In this document: positions 45,594 to 60,203 of the stretch, in pieces | How positions within the stretch are numbered: position 1 is the first letter of the stretch | Layout of the letters: every line of letters begins with the position of its first letter | From: Neoconidiobolus thromboides FSU 785 | Lineage: Eukaryota; Fungi; Entomophthoromycota | DNA length: 64,000 nt | Assembly: GCA_025603075.1 (NCBI GenBank) | Contig: MU626335.1 | Coordinates: 28,116 to 92,115 of the forward strand | Direction: 5' to 3' | Notes under the pieces: model-generated | Seen by the model: the letters and a program-made list of their open reading frames with translations, nothing else | What the model was told of the DNA's origin: nothing | Databases searched by the model: none | Translations under genes and position numbers: made by a program

Positions 45594-46753
45594 CTTTTAT
45601 TTAAATTAGAGGATCATCGACAGATTTTTAGTGGTAATACAGAAGATTATTTTAAACTAGGTATTAAATTAACAAGAAAAACACTAAAACTATATACTTC
45701 TTTTTATCAATCGGATATCATTCTTGCATCCCCTTTAGCTTTACGCTTAGGTACAGAACAAAAGGAATATGATTTTTTATCAAGTATCGAAATTGTAATA
45801 TTAGATCAATTAGATCATCTTTGTATGCAAAACAGTGAGCATTTACACCACTTATTTTCGAAATTAAATCAAGTACCAACTGAAGCTAGAGATGTAGATT
45901 TTTCTAGAGTTAAATCCCATTATTTAAATCAACAAGCTGAATTCAATTGTCAATTGATTACTTTATCTCAAATAATTACCCCAGAAATTCAAGCTTTATT
46001 TCATAAATATAGTAAAAATGTAGAAGGTAAGAAAGAATAGCAATTTAATTAAAAGTAATTAAAGTATTAATAATTAATTTTATTATTTAGGTAAAATTCA
46101 ATATTTTGAACCGGTATTAGAAGGTCAATATCTAAAGATTGAAAATCCAGTTTCTCATAAATTATTTCGAATTTTATCTAATGGCCAATTAACTCAACAA
46201 GATGAGTTAAGATTTGAGTATTTTAAAAATAATATATTACCTCAATTGAATCAAAAGTTACAATTCGAAAAAAAAGTCATGTTATTTATCAATAATTATT
46301 TTGATTTTGTTAAAGTTAAAAATTATTTGAAATTGTTAAATTTTGAATTTGGTACTATATCTGAATACTCCAGTATTAAAGAAGTATCTAAATATAGAAA
46401 TTGGTTGAAGATTGGTAAAATTAATTTGATTTTATATACAGAAAGATGTCATTTCTATAGAAGGTAAAAAATCGGAACTTTTTGTTTTATTCTATAGTAC
46501 AAATAATATATTAATTTTAATTTTTATTAGATATAAAATTCAAGATATAAATGAAATTATATTTTATTCTTTACCTGATTATTGTAACTATTATAATGAG
46601 TTAATTGATAATATTCAATTAGATTCATTAAATAATAAGATTAATATAACAATTTTATTTTCTAAATGGGATGAACTTAAGTTAAATGGGATTTTTGGTA
46701 CTAAAAATACTCGTTCTTTTATTCACGGTAATAGGGATCAAATTAACTTTTAA
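43967..46753 (+). CDS. UTP25: U3 snoRNA-associated protein 25 (Utp25/DEF), multi-exon
   Basis: Basic/acidic N-terminus, then [78 protein letters not shown] and [12 protein letters not shown]. Confidence 0.93.
45545..45590 (+). repeat. (AAT)15 microsatellite in a UTP25 intron
   Basis: Perfect AAT run between GTAATC (45532) and TTAG (45609). Confidence 0.9.
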
Positions 46754-46890
46754 ATGCTAATTATAGAAATAATAAAATAACAAGATAGATTTGAATGAAA
46801 CTTTTTGAAAAAAAGTAAATTATGTATCTTTATTTTAAAATTTTTGTTATTCTTGTTAAATCTTCTTTCAATCTCTATATCATAATAGCT

Positions 46891-47169
46891 TTAGAAATTT
46901 CTACCATTTTTTAATAGAAATCTCTCTGGTTCTTCACCTTCTTTTGATTGAACACATTTTAACCAAACTTTTAAAGGTTCATAAACTTCTCTTGGTTCAT
47001 GAAATAAACCTTGAAATATATCTTCCATATGATCATTGCAACGGTGACTCTTTGGCATCTTTTTAGGTAATGTTCTCATTGGTTTTTCAATTAATACATC
47101 ATAATCAAATTGACTTTTAATATCTGCTTTTTGTTGTTCAGATGTGGAATTTGATGATGAACTGGACAT
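46891..47169 (-). CDS. Small hypothetical protein (92 aa)
   Basis: Clean ATG-TAA ORF with protein-like composition, convergent with UTP25. No family recognised. Confidence 0.55.
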   Translation of the reverse strand: MSSSSSNSTSEQQKADIKSQFDYDVLIEKPMRTLPKKMPKSHRCNDHMEDIFQGLFHEPREVYEPLKVWLKCVQSKEGEEPERFLLKNGRNF

Positions 47170-47624
47170 TTTGTTTTATTTTTATAAGTTGAATTTGGAA
47201 TTAAAAAATGAAGTTTAAAGATTTTATTTCTATTTTTTAATTTGTCAATCTTCATGGGATTTTGGATTCAAAAAATAAACTCAATCAAATTTCAGAATAT
47301 TCTTATAAGCAGTTTAAATGTTTTATTCAAAATAAAAATTAACAAAATCAAAAAAGAATTAAAGGAATACAAAGGACCATGAATAGATGGATTCAAAAGG
47401 AATTAGGAAGAATTGTATTATTAGTTTAAAGAAAGGACTTTTTCCATACTTTATATAGAATCAAAATTCAACATCTTCGCCTAATTGAAAAGCATTTTCT
47501 TGAGAAGAAAATCGAATTAATTAAAAGATAGCAGTAGGATCTGACAAATTTTTTTGTTGAAAGGAAAACTAGGAGGTAGGAGTAATATTTTCCAACCCAT
47601 TAGAACCCCTACCTATCGTAACTC

Positions 47625-49001
47625 TCATTTCAACATCGATTTCCCAATCTTAATTTGCTTATCAAACTCCGTTATAAACTCCATCAATTTTAAAAAATTT
47701 GAATGAAATCTTATTAATTTAGGAAACTTCTCAAAGAACGTTTTCAATTTCATTGTATTAAAAAAGGGATAGTTAAACTCCAAATACAATAGCTGTGGGA
47801 GCTTAATTTTCAATAGTAGATTATTTGTATGTTCAGTACTTTGATTTTGTACAATAGAATTAGTTTGTCGAGTTGGGATAAGAGTAAGATATAGTGTAAG
47901 GATAGAAGAACAGGCGAGGTTTATAAATTGAATTAAGCTATTGTTGATAGCCCCATTATATTGAATATGTAACTCATTTAACTGATGTAATTTATTAAAA
48001 GAACAATTTAAATGTATATGATTAATATTAATTAACTTCAATATTCTCAGTGTACTAAAATTACCGTTGATCAATTGATTAATACTATTGAAATTAAGTG
48101 TAGTTGCAGTCACATTTTTAAAATTAATATCTAAATTAGTTAATTGGGTTAGCGATATTAATTGAGTATTATTCAGTAAATTATTTTGTAATGATATACT
48201 CAATAAGTTAATTAAACTACCAAATTTATATTGAATCCTACCATATAATTGCAACTTCTTTAATTTGCTACCATTGATTAAATTGAGTACTTTAATATCA
48301 CTTTGCTTATAAAAATGAGCTTTAAAATATTGAATTTGTCTCAAATCAAACGAAAGTGATTGTTGTTTATTAGTATTATTTTGATGATGATTTTCCAATA
48401 TTAAACGATTTACATGAATCAAATAGGTATTAATAAATAATAATAGCTTAAAATTAGCTTTACCAAAGTAGGAAAATGAAAGAATATTATCTAAATTTAA
48501 ATAGTTTAATAAACTCAATGTATCCTCTTCATTATCGGATAAAACATTAAGTTGAACTGTAGTTAAATAGTGCAATTCTTTCAATCCTTTAAAATTGAAA
48601 TTAATATTTTTACAACTTAAACTTAATATTTTCAAATTATTAAAGCTTGTATAATCCCATTCTATAGTTCGTGTCGTTGGATTGTCATTTATTAATACCA
48701 ATATTAATCCATGAATATTATTTTTGACCGTATCCTTCTTCTTATATTTAAAAAATTGATCTTGATCCTCTTCAACATCTTTGATCTTTTCAATCTCTTT
48801 ATCATAACAAACATATTGAATGTATTTTTTATACTGTAATTGAGTCTTAAGATGAAATTTAGTATATAATTTGTAATTGATGTTATTGAATAAATGAATT
48901 AATATTAGTTTATTCCATCTTTTGTTGATGCATCGTAAGCGGATTAATTCACCTATTGTAAAATGATTTAGTAAGGGGATGATGATTTCAACGGTTAGCA
49001 T
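47625..49001 (-). CDS. F-box/LRR (RNI-like) protein
   Basis: MLTVEIIIPLLNHFTIGELIRLRCINKRWNKLI F-box, then LRR-like repeats (NNLKILSL, KLKKLQL, TQLTNLDI, STLRILKL, PKLIRF). ATG at 49001; the track starts at a TTG. Confidence 0.8.
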   Translation of the reverse strand: MLTVEIIIPLLNHFTIGELIRLRCINKRWNKLILIHLFNNINYKLYTKFHLKTQLQYKKYIQYVCYDKEIEKIKDVEEDQDQFFKYKKKDTVKNNIHGLILVLINDNPTTRTIEWDYTSFNNLKILSLSCKNINFNFKGLKELHYLTTVQLNVLSDNEEDTLSLLNYLNLDNILSFSYFGKANFKLLLFINTYLIHVNRLILENHHQNNTNKQQSLSFDLRQIQYFKAHFYKQSDIKVLNLINGSKLKKLQLYGRIQYKFGSLINLLSISLQNNLLNNTQLISLTQLTNLDINFKNVTATTLNFNSINQLINGNFSTLRILKLININHIHLNCSFNKLHQLNELHIQYNGAINNSLIQFINLACSSILTLYLTLIPTRQTNSIVQNQSTEHTNNLLLKIKLPQLLYLEFNYPFFNTMKLKTFFEKFPKLIRFHSNFLKLMEFITEFDKQIKIGKSMLK

Positions 49002-49392
49002 GCGAAATAAATAAATAAAAGATGAGGTCACTAATCGAGGAGAAGAAATAGTCAAATAAAAGTGGTTTGATATAGATAAAAAATAAATGTATAGTTAGGT
49101 TATTAACTAATATGATTTAAACAAAAGAACAAAATTAATTTTTGCAATATGTGCAAAAATTAAATTATAGCTTTGATTGATTTAAAATAAAATGTAATCA
49201 AAAATATTAAATGTTTGTTTCAGATCTAAAAATAGGAACGTTTACATTAACTAAAAATAAGAGATGAATTACAAGCTTTTTACATTTGTGTTATTTTAAA
49301 ACCCAAACCTTTATTGTTATGAAAGTAATTGAATACCCCCACTTGTTGAAATTTAGTATAGATTACCTTTTTTTTCATCTTTTTAACTTTAT

Positions 49393-50006
49393 CCTTTTAT
49401 TTTAATCCACTCTCCTATTTATAAATTTGAGATATTTAATAAGCTTACTTTAGCTCTATTAAAACAATCGGATATCATGCCATTAGAAAAGTAAAAGTTG
49501 GTACTACAGTAGGTAGTATTCGAGAAAAACGAGTTGGACTTAAATTAGCCCAATTCTTAGCAAGTAAAATTCAAGATAGTTAGCTACCTTATTGCTTTAA
49601 AACTCTGGGATATCCCTACGTTTAATGAAATCTATATACCTAAAGATGGCATTTATGAAAATCAGAAAATCATTTTCTGGAATCAAGAAATAATCTTATG
49701 ATTATTTTATCTTTCTTATATCTCAATATAATTGAAGTTACCCTGCTCCTGTAAAACAGTATTAGTCACTTATACAAAGAATTTAGTAGTAAAAATGGCA
49801 TTATTATTTGTTATGGCTCTAGAGATAATGAAAAAGTAGGTGGACAGTTGAAGCAAGTATTAACAAGTGTTAAATTCAATATTGCTAGTACCCATCCGAT
49901 TAAATTAGCAGAGTTGGATTCATTTGATTGCTTTGATATTGTTAAAGATATGGTTAAGTTTTTGAGTCAAAATAAATGTTTTGATAGCTTGTTACAAGCA
50001 GTCTAG
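49393..50006 (+). pseudogene. Decayed alpha/beta-hydrolase (ABHD14-like) gene
   Basis: Fragments in order: FILIHSPIYKFEIFNKLTLALLKQ/GYHAI, LGYPYV (degenerate G-x-S-x-G), PAPV, IIICYGSRD, ASTHP, DMVKFL. Several frameshifts and stops. Confidence 0.45.
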
Positions 50007-50140
50007 AGATGGATGAGCATTAGATGACTAGTTTTAACTTTATTAAAATAGATCGATAATTACACAATATAATACATTTACTATTTCTCAATCTTAAAAT
50101 ACTTTTACTGTTCATTATTAAAACATTAAACTATTAATAC

Positions 50141-50234
50141 GGGATGTCTCTTTAGGTTCCATTTATTTTCCTATTTTTTAACACTATTAAGTGGAAAAAT
50201 TATTAGCCAATTTTAATACAAAAAAGACATTTCT
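50141..50234 (-). mobile_element. MITE family 1 copy (degenerate)
   Basis: GGGATGTCTCTTT...AAAAAAGACATTTCT with the core AACACTATTAAGTGGAAAAATT. Confidence 0.65.
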
Positions 50235-51639
50235 ATATGTAAGATTCTGGTCTAAACTGAGTGATTCCAATGTCGTTTTTTTGGTTTTATCATTCCAATT
50301 TCTCAACAGAAAACCAAATCTTAAATAACACTATACTTAATCACAAATAAAAATTAGAATTAGAAAGTTTATTGTAAGTTGCTTATTTATCAACAACCCT
50401 TTAATGTATTTATACTGGTTAGGTTGCTAATGATAACAATAATGCTACTGTTATAATATAAAGAGTAATGATTGATCGTTATATATAATACTTATAACAA
50501 GGGTCCATATTGCTATTATAATAATGCGCAATAATGCACTTTTAGTAAAAGATTAACTCAACTAATCATATGATACTTTAGAAACTGTAGTATATATGTC
50601 TACAGGATTTAACAATATCATAATCATGTAAAAAATTAGTTTCCAAAAAAGTTTTCGAAAAGTTTAATAAATAATTAAATAGCTTTTATATACAAGTCTT
50701 TTAGCTCCGCCCTTTAGAGCAAATCCCAGCAAATAGAATTCAACTAACCAACGTCTTGAACATTGAACAATTAAGCTTTTTATAAAAAACTATATGATTT
50801 GCCCTATCAACTTGAATTAATCAAAATCGAAATTAAAAAATAATTATACGAATTCCATTTAACCTTTTAGAATAATAACAATAATAAAATATACTTTAAT
50901 AAAAGTTACTATAAAATAATCACCACTTCTCTCCCACTTTTTCTTTTAGACTCTTCTTATCTTCTATCTTACTCTTGAATCAAAAATGAAACAGCCATAA
51001 TAAAACAAGATAAACTAACATAAGGGCTTAATCTTTCACCTAGCAAATAAATATGTTAATATATTAATTTAATTATTAATAAAACAAACACTTTATCTGT
51101 TTTTCTATTTTTTATAAATCTAAATGTGTTAATCATTAAAAACACTTACCAACTCTAGCTGCTTTCCAAAAAATACTCATTAAACTAAAAGTATGAATAT
51201 TAGTATTATGTTTCATTTCATCTTCCTTTTGGTTTGAATATTGGATATAATAACATATATCGATAGATTAATTGATTAAATAAATTCTTACCCCTCCTTG
51301 TTTTTATCTAAAAGAGTAGGTGCTTGGGCATGAATATAAGTGGAAGTACAAACAATTAATAAAATCACTAATAATAATGATTGAAAATCAAATAAAGCGG
51401 ACTGTCATAATTATGATAATTAATAATTTAGTTTATAAATTGAGCTTTTAATATTAAAATTACTAGCATCCTTGAATTAAAGTTTATAAAAAATGTAGAG
51501 ATTGAAACAAATGTAAAATTTATTAACAAAATTTAATCTTAGTCAATTGGAGGATCGACCAATGAAATAACTCCTTAACTGCGTGGCTAAAATGATCAAA
51601 AAAATGGTAAAAATGTAAGAATTAGATTGATTAAAATTG

Positions 51640-54600
51640 ATGATGCAAGAAAAGGAAAATTTCAAAGAAAGTAAAGAAAGTAAAGAAAGTAAAGAAGCAA
51701 AAGAAGTAGAGGAAGTTAAATTAATGGGATCTACAGAAGAAATAAAAGAAGGAAGAAATAAACTTGAAGAAGGAATATACGAAAAAGAAGAAAATGAGGA
51801 ATTAAAAAAAGGTGAACAAACTGAGTCAAACGAAAACTCCGAAGGAGAAACAGAAACAGAAACAGAAACGGATCCGGAAGGTAAGAAATGCTCGTTTTTT
51901 AGCCATCAAAACTCTCATAATTAAAAGAAATCATTAGATATCATTGAAATCGAAGAACCAAAACTTAAATATACTCGATTAACAGGGGGTACATTTGATA
52001 ACTATTTAAAAGGAGATGCAGCCAGTTGTATTATTGCTGGAGATAAAGTGATGGTAAGAACATATTAATAATCAACTAAAATAACAAAATAAATAATAAT
52101 AAAATTGAAACGTTAAATATTAATATTGGTTTTCCAAAATAGGCAGTTGGTACCCATTCTGGTAAATTATATTTGCTTGATTTAATGGGTAATGAATTAA
52201 AATCCATTAATTGTCATACCACTACAATCAATGCTTTAAGTATGGATTTGTCAGAACAATTTATTGCTTCTGCTTCGGATGATGGTAAGTTGAATCATTC
52301 CCTTTTTTTATTAAAATTTTTAATAAAAAATGCGAATAATCATTTTAATAAAATTAAGGTTCTATCAAAGTCCATGGTATTTATACTTCATTCAAACAAA
52401 GCAAAAATTATATGCGGCCTATGAAAGCAGTCGCTTTAAGTCCTGATTTTGGTACAAATTCCCAACAAAGAATTATCTCCGGTGGTTTAGCAGGTCAATT
52501 AATTATGAATACTAAAGGTAAGTTGTAAAGAAATCGAAATGAACTTTATTATTATTATTGTTTAATTGAATTAAGTATACATTTTTGTGTTGGTTGAAAA
52601 GTTAATTTAAATTATAATTTAAACTATTTTATTATTTCATTTAGGTTGGTTGGGTTATACAGATCAAATATTGCAATCGGATGATGGTCCAATTTTGGAA
52701 ATTCAATGGAAGGGAAATTACATTGCTTGGGCATCGGATTCAGTAAGTAAAATTAGTCCGATCATAATCAAAGGATTTATTTAGTTTAACTAAGTTAATT
52801 ATTGTTAATATAGTTGAACAATATTTATCAATTATAAATAATTATCTATTAATATACTATTCAATTAGTTGATTAATTAGATATTTATATTGATCTTTTT
52901 TCATTATTTTTAGGGAGTTAAAATTTATAATAGTCAAACTAATCAACGCATATCTTTTATACCGAGATCTGAAAGTTCACCAAGAGCCGACCTTTATCCT
53001 TGCCATTTATATTGGAAATCAAACATTGAATTATTTATTGGTTGGGCTGATACGTTCAAAATTGCTAAAGTTATGGTAGGTGATTGAAATGTTTAAATCA
53101 TGTTTTCAAACTTATATATGTTGATAAATTAAACATATCACTAGGTTCATGATCCTTCAATTCATCCCGCTATTTTATCTCAATTACCATCTGTAGAAAT
53201 CGAATATATGTAAGTATTTAATTGAATGTCTATCTTTATCTATTTATTGAAATATAAACTATTAGACTACGTACTGATTTTATCATCAGTGGTATTTCTT
53301 ACTTAAAAGAACAAATATTGTTACTAGCCTATAATGGGGAAATCATTTATGAAGACAAAGATTTCAATAAACCTAGTAAAGTAAGTTAGTTAAATAATAA
53401 TAGTATTGACAATAAACAAATAAGAAAAATGAATATGTCAGTATTTATTTTATTTTATTAATTCTAATTATTAGCCTTCAAACCCACCCGAGCTTCGAAT
53501 AGTAGATAAAAAAGATGGTGCGGATGTAGCCGATATATTAACTATGAATGGTTATTTAAAATTTAAATCGCAAGATTATAAACTAGGTAAAAGAACAATC
53601 AATAATAAGTAATAACACTAATAAATTCTATCCAATAGTAACTACACCAAGTAGTGATTTATATTTTATAATGAGCCCCAAAGATTTAATTTGTGCCAAA
53701 GAAAGAGAATTAACGGATCGTATTGAATGGCATATCGAAAATGAATTATATTATGAAGCATTGCAATTAATCAAACAACATCCAGAAGAAAGTAGTAAAT
53801 ATACAATCAATAAAGTAGGTAAATTATATATGAAACATTTAATATTACAACAAGATTATGAAAGAGCAGGAAAACTATGTGTCGAAGTATTAGGAAAAGA
53901 TCAACAACAATGGGAAAAATGGATCTTTGCATTTTATCAATCCAATCAAATTAATGCTATTATTGAATTTATACCAACTAGAGAAGTTATACTTTCTTCT
54001 ACTGTTTATGAAATGTTGTTAGCTCATTATTTAAAATGGGATAAAAATTTATTTTTTAAATTAATTCGACAATGGCCAATTAAAAATTATAATTTAAAAA
54101 GCATCTTAGCTTTAGTGGAAGATGAATTAAATAAGTACGATATTGAAAATGAAAATGAAAATGAAAATCAAAATGAAAGTAAATTATTATTACAAATTAT
54201 AGCTGAATTATATCAATTAGATAATCAACCTCAATTAGCATTAAATTATTTATTAAAATTAAAAAGTCCTATTGTATTTAATTTAATTAATGAATTTCAA
54301 TTATTTAATGAAATTAAAAATAAAGTCAAATTATTAATGGATTATGATGTATTACAATTCCAAAATGAACTTGAATATCAAAAAGCGGGGGTTCAAGTTA
54401 CAAGTGAATTAAAAGCAGTAACAATGTTAGTTAGAAATTTACAATTTATTTCAATGGAAACGGTAGTAAATCAATTATATGATCATCCCTTGTTATTGCA
54501 TAATTATTTGCATGCTATCTTTAAAAAAGAAGCTAACTTAGGGGCTAAATGGCATGATATACAAGTAAGTGTACTTTAAAATAATAATACTAATATTTCT

Positions 54601-55631
54601 TTCTATAAATGAACAATCATCAATCTATTTATTGTTATTTATTATTTATTGTTTAGGTGGAATTATATGCTGAATTTGATTACCCATTATTAATGGGATT
54701 CTTACGTTCCTCTAATGATTACTCTTTAAAAAAAGCATACAATTGTTGTGAATTAAGAGAATTGGTACCCGAATTAATTTATATATTAAGTCGAATGGGA
54801 GAATATCAAAAAGCGTTATTATTAATTTTACAGAAATTAGGGGATATCGATAAAGTAAGTAGAAGGATAAGGGGAGGGGAGATGAGTCATAGAATAATAT
54901 TAATTGATTTTTATTATTATAGGCTATTGATTATGTTAAAGAATATGAAGATGAAGAATTATGGCAAGTCTTGTTAAAACATTCTCAAGATAAACCAGGT
55001 AAATTGATAGTCTCAATTAACTAATTATTATAGTTTTAAAAAAAATCAACTAACTTTACTCCTTTTTTATTTTTTAATTCTAGAATTCCTTAAAGCATTA
55101 TTAGAACAAAGTGGTAGTCATATTGAACCTAATAAAGTGATACAAAGTATTCCTAAAGGTTTAAAAATTCCTGGTCTAAAAAAGAGCATCCTAAAGATAT
55201 TAATGGACTTTCAATTACAAATGTCATTGAGAATCGGATGTGAAAAAGTGATTTCAAGAGATAGCAAAATGTTAAGTAAACAATGGAAACAAAAACAAAA
55301 GAGAGGAATGACAGTATTTGGTGATAATGAGGAGTTTATGAATTGTTCAAAGTGTGAGAAAAGTGTGATGGATAATGGGGAAAAAGAAGAGTTAGTGTTT
55401 TTTTATTGTGGTCATGGATATCATGTAGGGTGTTTGGGAACAAAGATCGAAATCAATGGAAGGAGTAAATATGAAGTTAAATTACAGTTAAATGATTTAA
55501 TAAATTGTCCAAGATGTGATCAATTACCATCCACGCCTAAATTAGAAGAAGAAAATAAAAATTTACTAAGTAAAAAATCCAATTTATCTTTAAATGAACA
55601 GTTACCACCAATGGTAAATTTCATACCATGA
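51640..55631 (+). CDS. VPS41: HOPS subunit Vps41, multi-exon
   Basis: Acidic N-terminus, EEPKLKYTRL, WD40 part (THSGKLYLLD, ASASDDGK, GGLAGQL, WKGNYIAWAS, RADLYPCHLYW), clathrin-repeat region (DRIEWHIE...YYEAL; ELYAEFD) and a C-terminal RING (CSKC...CGHGYHVGC...CPRC). Start uncertain. Confidence 0.93.
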
Positions 55632-55818
55632 GCTTTAAATTTCAATAAAAATAAAAATATTAAAATATATTAAAGATATATTAAACTTATTATTTAAAAT
55701 TCAAAATTATTTTTATATAAAAAAGAAACATAATACTCAATTTTATTCTTATATAACATAATATAAATAGAATCAAAAATAAAATTGATATAGAAAAAAA
55801 GCGTTGATTTATATCAAC

Positions 55819-57571
<1,753 letters not shown>

Positions 57572-58946
57572 TTTTTTAAAAATTAAACTTAAAACAAACT
57601 AGATAAAATAAAATTCAATTAAAAAATTTCATTTGAAGATTCTGTCGGTTGGTTTATATACCTCTCTTCTTTCTTTTTTGTAATAAAAAATAAATAGGTT
57701 ATAATTTTACTTAGAACAAGGGTTATGTAGTTTTTACACTCTTTTATTCTTAGAAAAATTGGAACATAATAATGTAATCTTACCTTATTTATTTTTAATT
57801 GGTTATAAAAAAGTGTTAACCCTGAAATTAGAAATCCTCTAATTGGCTAAAAGATAAGACATCATGACGTGGTGATTGTTAAGTTACCTAATCTAGTTGG
57901 CTCAATTTTTTAAGGACTCCAAAGAATGTGATGGTGAAGTTTACTATGGGCAGATTGTAGGATTTTAAGGATTGATTGGTCGGTTTAAAAATTGAATTTT
58001 TATTTAGTGGTTTATAATGATTTTTTATCTCGTGAATGAATTTGTTGACTATTTGTTATCGGATTAACTAATTCAAACTCAATTTATTACTACTTCACCT
58101 TAAAGATTAAATTAATTGTTTTAATTTATCGATAGAATAGGGTAAACGGGGTGTCCGTGAAAGAGATTGTTCTTCCTTAGAATAAAGCGAATCTGAACAG
58201 AAAAAACAAACGCTGATTAAATTTTAGTTGAATAAAGCAGTTCAACCTGTTTTAAACTGAATTATCTAATAATCACAGTTCTTTGTAATAATAATAATCT
58301 TGCGGTTTGAGTTAGACAATAATTAGTGTTCTGGTTAAATTCCTCTCATTTTATGAATTGAAATTTATTATTTAAAAACTATAAAATTGAATTCTTTATC
58401 AAAAAAACTATCATAAATATCCCGTTTATCTATGAATTATTTTAGAGGCAGTAATTCTTGATAGTATATAAATAAAAGTATATTATATACTTTAATAATC
58501 AAAAAAATAGATAAATAATAAAATAGATAAATAATGTGTTTATATAAAAATGTATTTATTCTTCCTTAGTTAAGATACAATTAGTTATTTTCCGAGTAAG
58601 GTTAACCATTAGTAAACACATTAACTCAGATTTAAATATAATATTACTATATAAAAACGTTATCAAGAAATTAAAAATATTAATTTTTGTAATAAGAATA
58701 AATATTATGGCTAGTTTGATAAGGGCCAATGTTCTATCTAAATTCTTGTTTTAAAGCCACTGTTCGGTTTGTGTAACAAAGTTAGTAATTTCCCTCAGTA
58801 TAAAATTAGTCCTTTGTCGAAATAATTCCCATCTCGAACAAAATGCTTGTCCTCCAAAAATTATCTTTATCTTCAAAATAATAAACAGAAGTATAAAAAT
58901 TACAAAACTATTTATATGATTTACTAAAAATAATAAAATAATCTCT

Positions 58947-60203
58947 TTAATTTGTCATTGTCATAAATAGTAACATATTAACAACATTAGCTAATGATGG
59001 ATATCTGGTTACTATTTCAATAAAATACTTCATATAAATCAAAATCCTTGAAGCATATCTCGTCTTCTTAAATAAGCCTAACAACCCACCACAATAAACA
59101 ACAAGTCCATCTACCATATAACTAATAGCATAACTAGGACCTAAAGAAATGATGGATATAATTTTACTATTTTTATATTCTTTCATCGATTGATTTTTCA
59201 TCTCGAGCTTTAGATTATTACTGAGATGTATAGCTTGCATATGTGTAGTATAATATAACTTAGGTTCTTCAAGATTACTAACATCACCAAGAGCATAGAT
59301 GTGATCATAATCAGTTACTTTAAAATAGTTATTAACTTTAATAAACTCTTTTTCATCTAAACAATCATTCATTTCCTTCTTCATAAATTCACTATTTGGT
59401 TGAAGTCCGATACTTTTAATAACTAAATCAAGCTCCAATTTAGTACCATCTTCTAACTCATATTCCTTTTCACTAATTTGTTTTAATTTTTGATCAAATA
59501 TAATAGTTAGATTTTGATTATTTTTATTACTTAAATCTCTTAATGCCTTCTCACAATTATTAGATAACTTAGAATTCTTAAATTGACTTAGTAATTTATT
59601 ATTATTGTGAACTAAGTAAAATCGTTTGTTTGGATATCTTTCAACTAATTCGGCTATCATTTCAATACCAACTGCACCACCCCCAATACAGGCTATCTTT
59701 TGACTTGATTCAATTTTTTGTTTATATTCAGTTAACTCAGCTAGACGATCATTGTAATTTCTAACTGAAGAACTACTCTTGAATGGCAAATTATAACTTG
59801 ATCCAGTACATATGATTAATTTATCAAATTCAATTTTTTGTTGATTTGTTAACAACTCTACTGAATTCTCATTTACACTAACTATTTGATCAATAATAAT
59901 AGTAATCTTATCATCATCCCTACCCCCACCTTCAATTGTATCGTTATAATGATTTTTGATAACTAATTTCTTTTGTTTATCGACCATAATCAGTTGTTTA
60001 AAAGGTATACATATTTGATGTAATCTTTTTTTAAAATCTTCTTGCTTTGGTCGTAATAATACATCAATTATAGAGGGTATATATTCATGATATTCTTTTT
60101 GGTCAATCATGATTATTTCTGTAGAAGGAGTACTTAACTCATTAATTAAAATACTACCCGCTGCTCCTCCTCCTAAGATTACAATCTTTGTTTTGGAATT
60201 CAT
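58947..60203 (-). CDS. FAD/NAD(P)H oxidoreductase, AIF/AMID/FSP1-like (Pyr_redox_2)
   Basis: IVILGGGAAG (FAD), ICTGSSY, IACIGGGAVGIEMIAEL (NADH), VNNYFKV...IYALGDV. Likely start MNSKTK at 60203. Confidence 0.85.
   Translation of the reverse strand: MNSKTKIVILGGGAAGSILINELSTPSTEIIMIDQKEYHEYIPSIIDVLLRPKQEDFKKRLHQICIPFKQLIMVDKQKKLVIKNHYNDTIEGGGRDDDKITIIIDQIVSVNENSVELLTNQQKIEFDKLIICTGSSYNLPFKSSSSVRNYNDRLAELTEYKQKIESSQKIACIGGGAVGIEMIAELVERYPNKRFYLVHNNNKLLSQFKNSKLSNNCEKALRDLSNKNNQNLTIIFDQKLKQISEKEYELEDGTKLELDLVIKSIGLQPNSEFMKKEMNDCLDEKEFIKVNNYFKVTDYDHIYALGDVSNLEEPKLYYTTHMQAIHLSNNLKLEMKNQSMKEYKNSKIISIISLGPSYAISYMVDGLVVYCGGLLGLFKKTRYASRILIYMKYFIEIVTRYPSLANVVNMLLFMTMTN

Noticed and set aside
46891-47169. 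Pet191/COA5 or another twin-CX9C protein
   Set aside because: Only two Cys, not in CX9C spacing.
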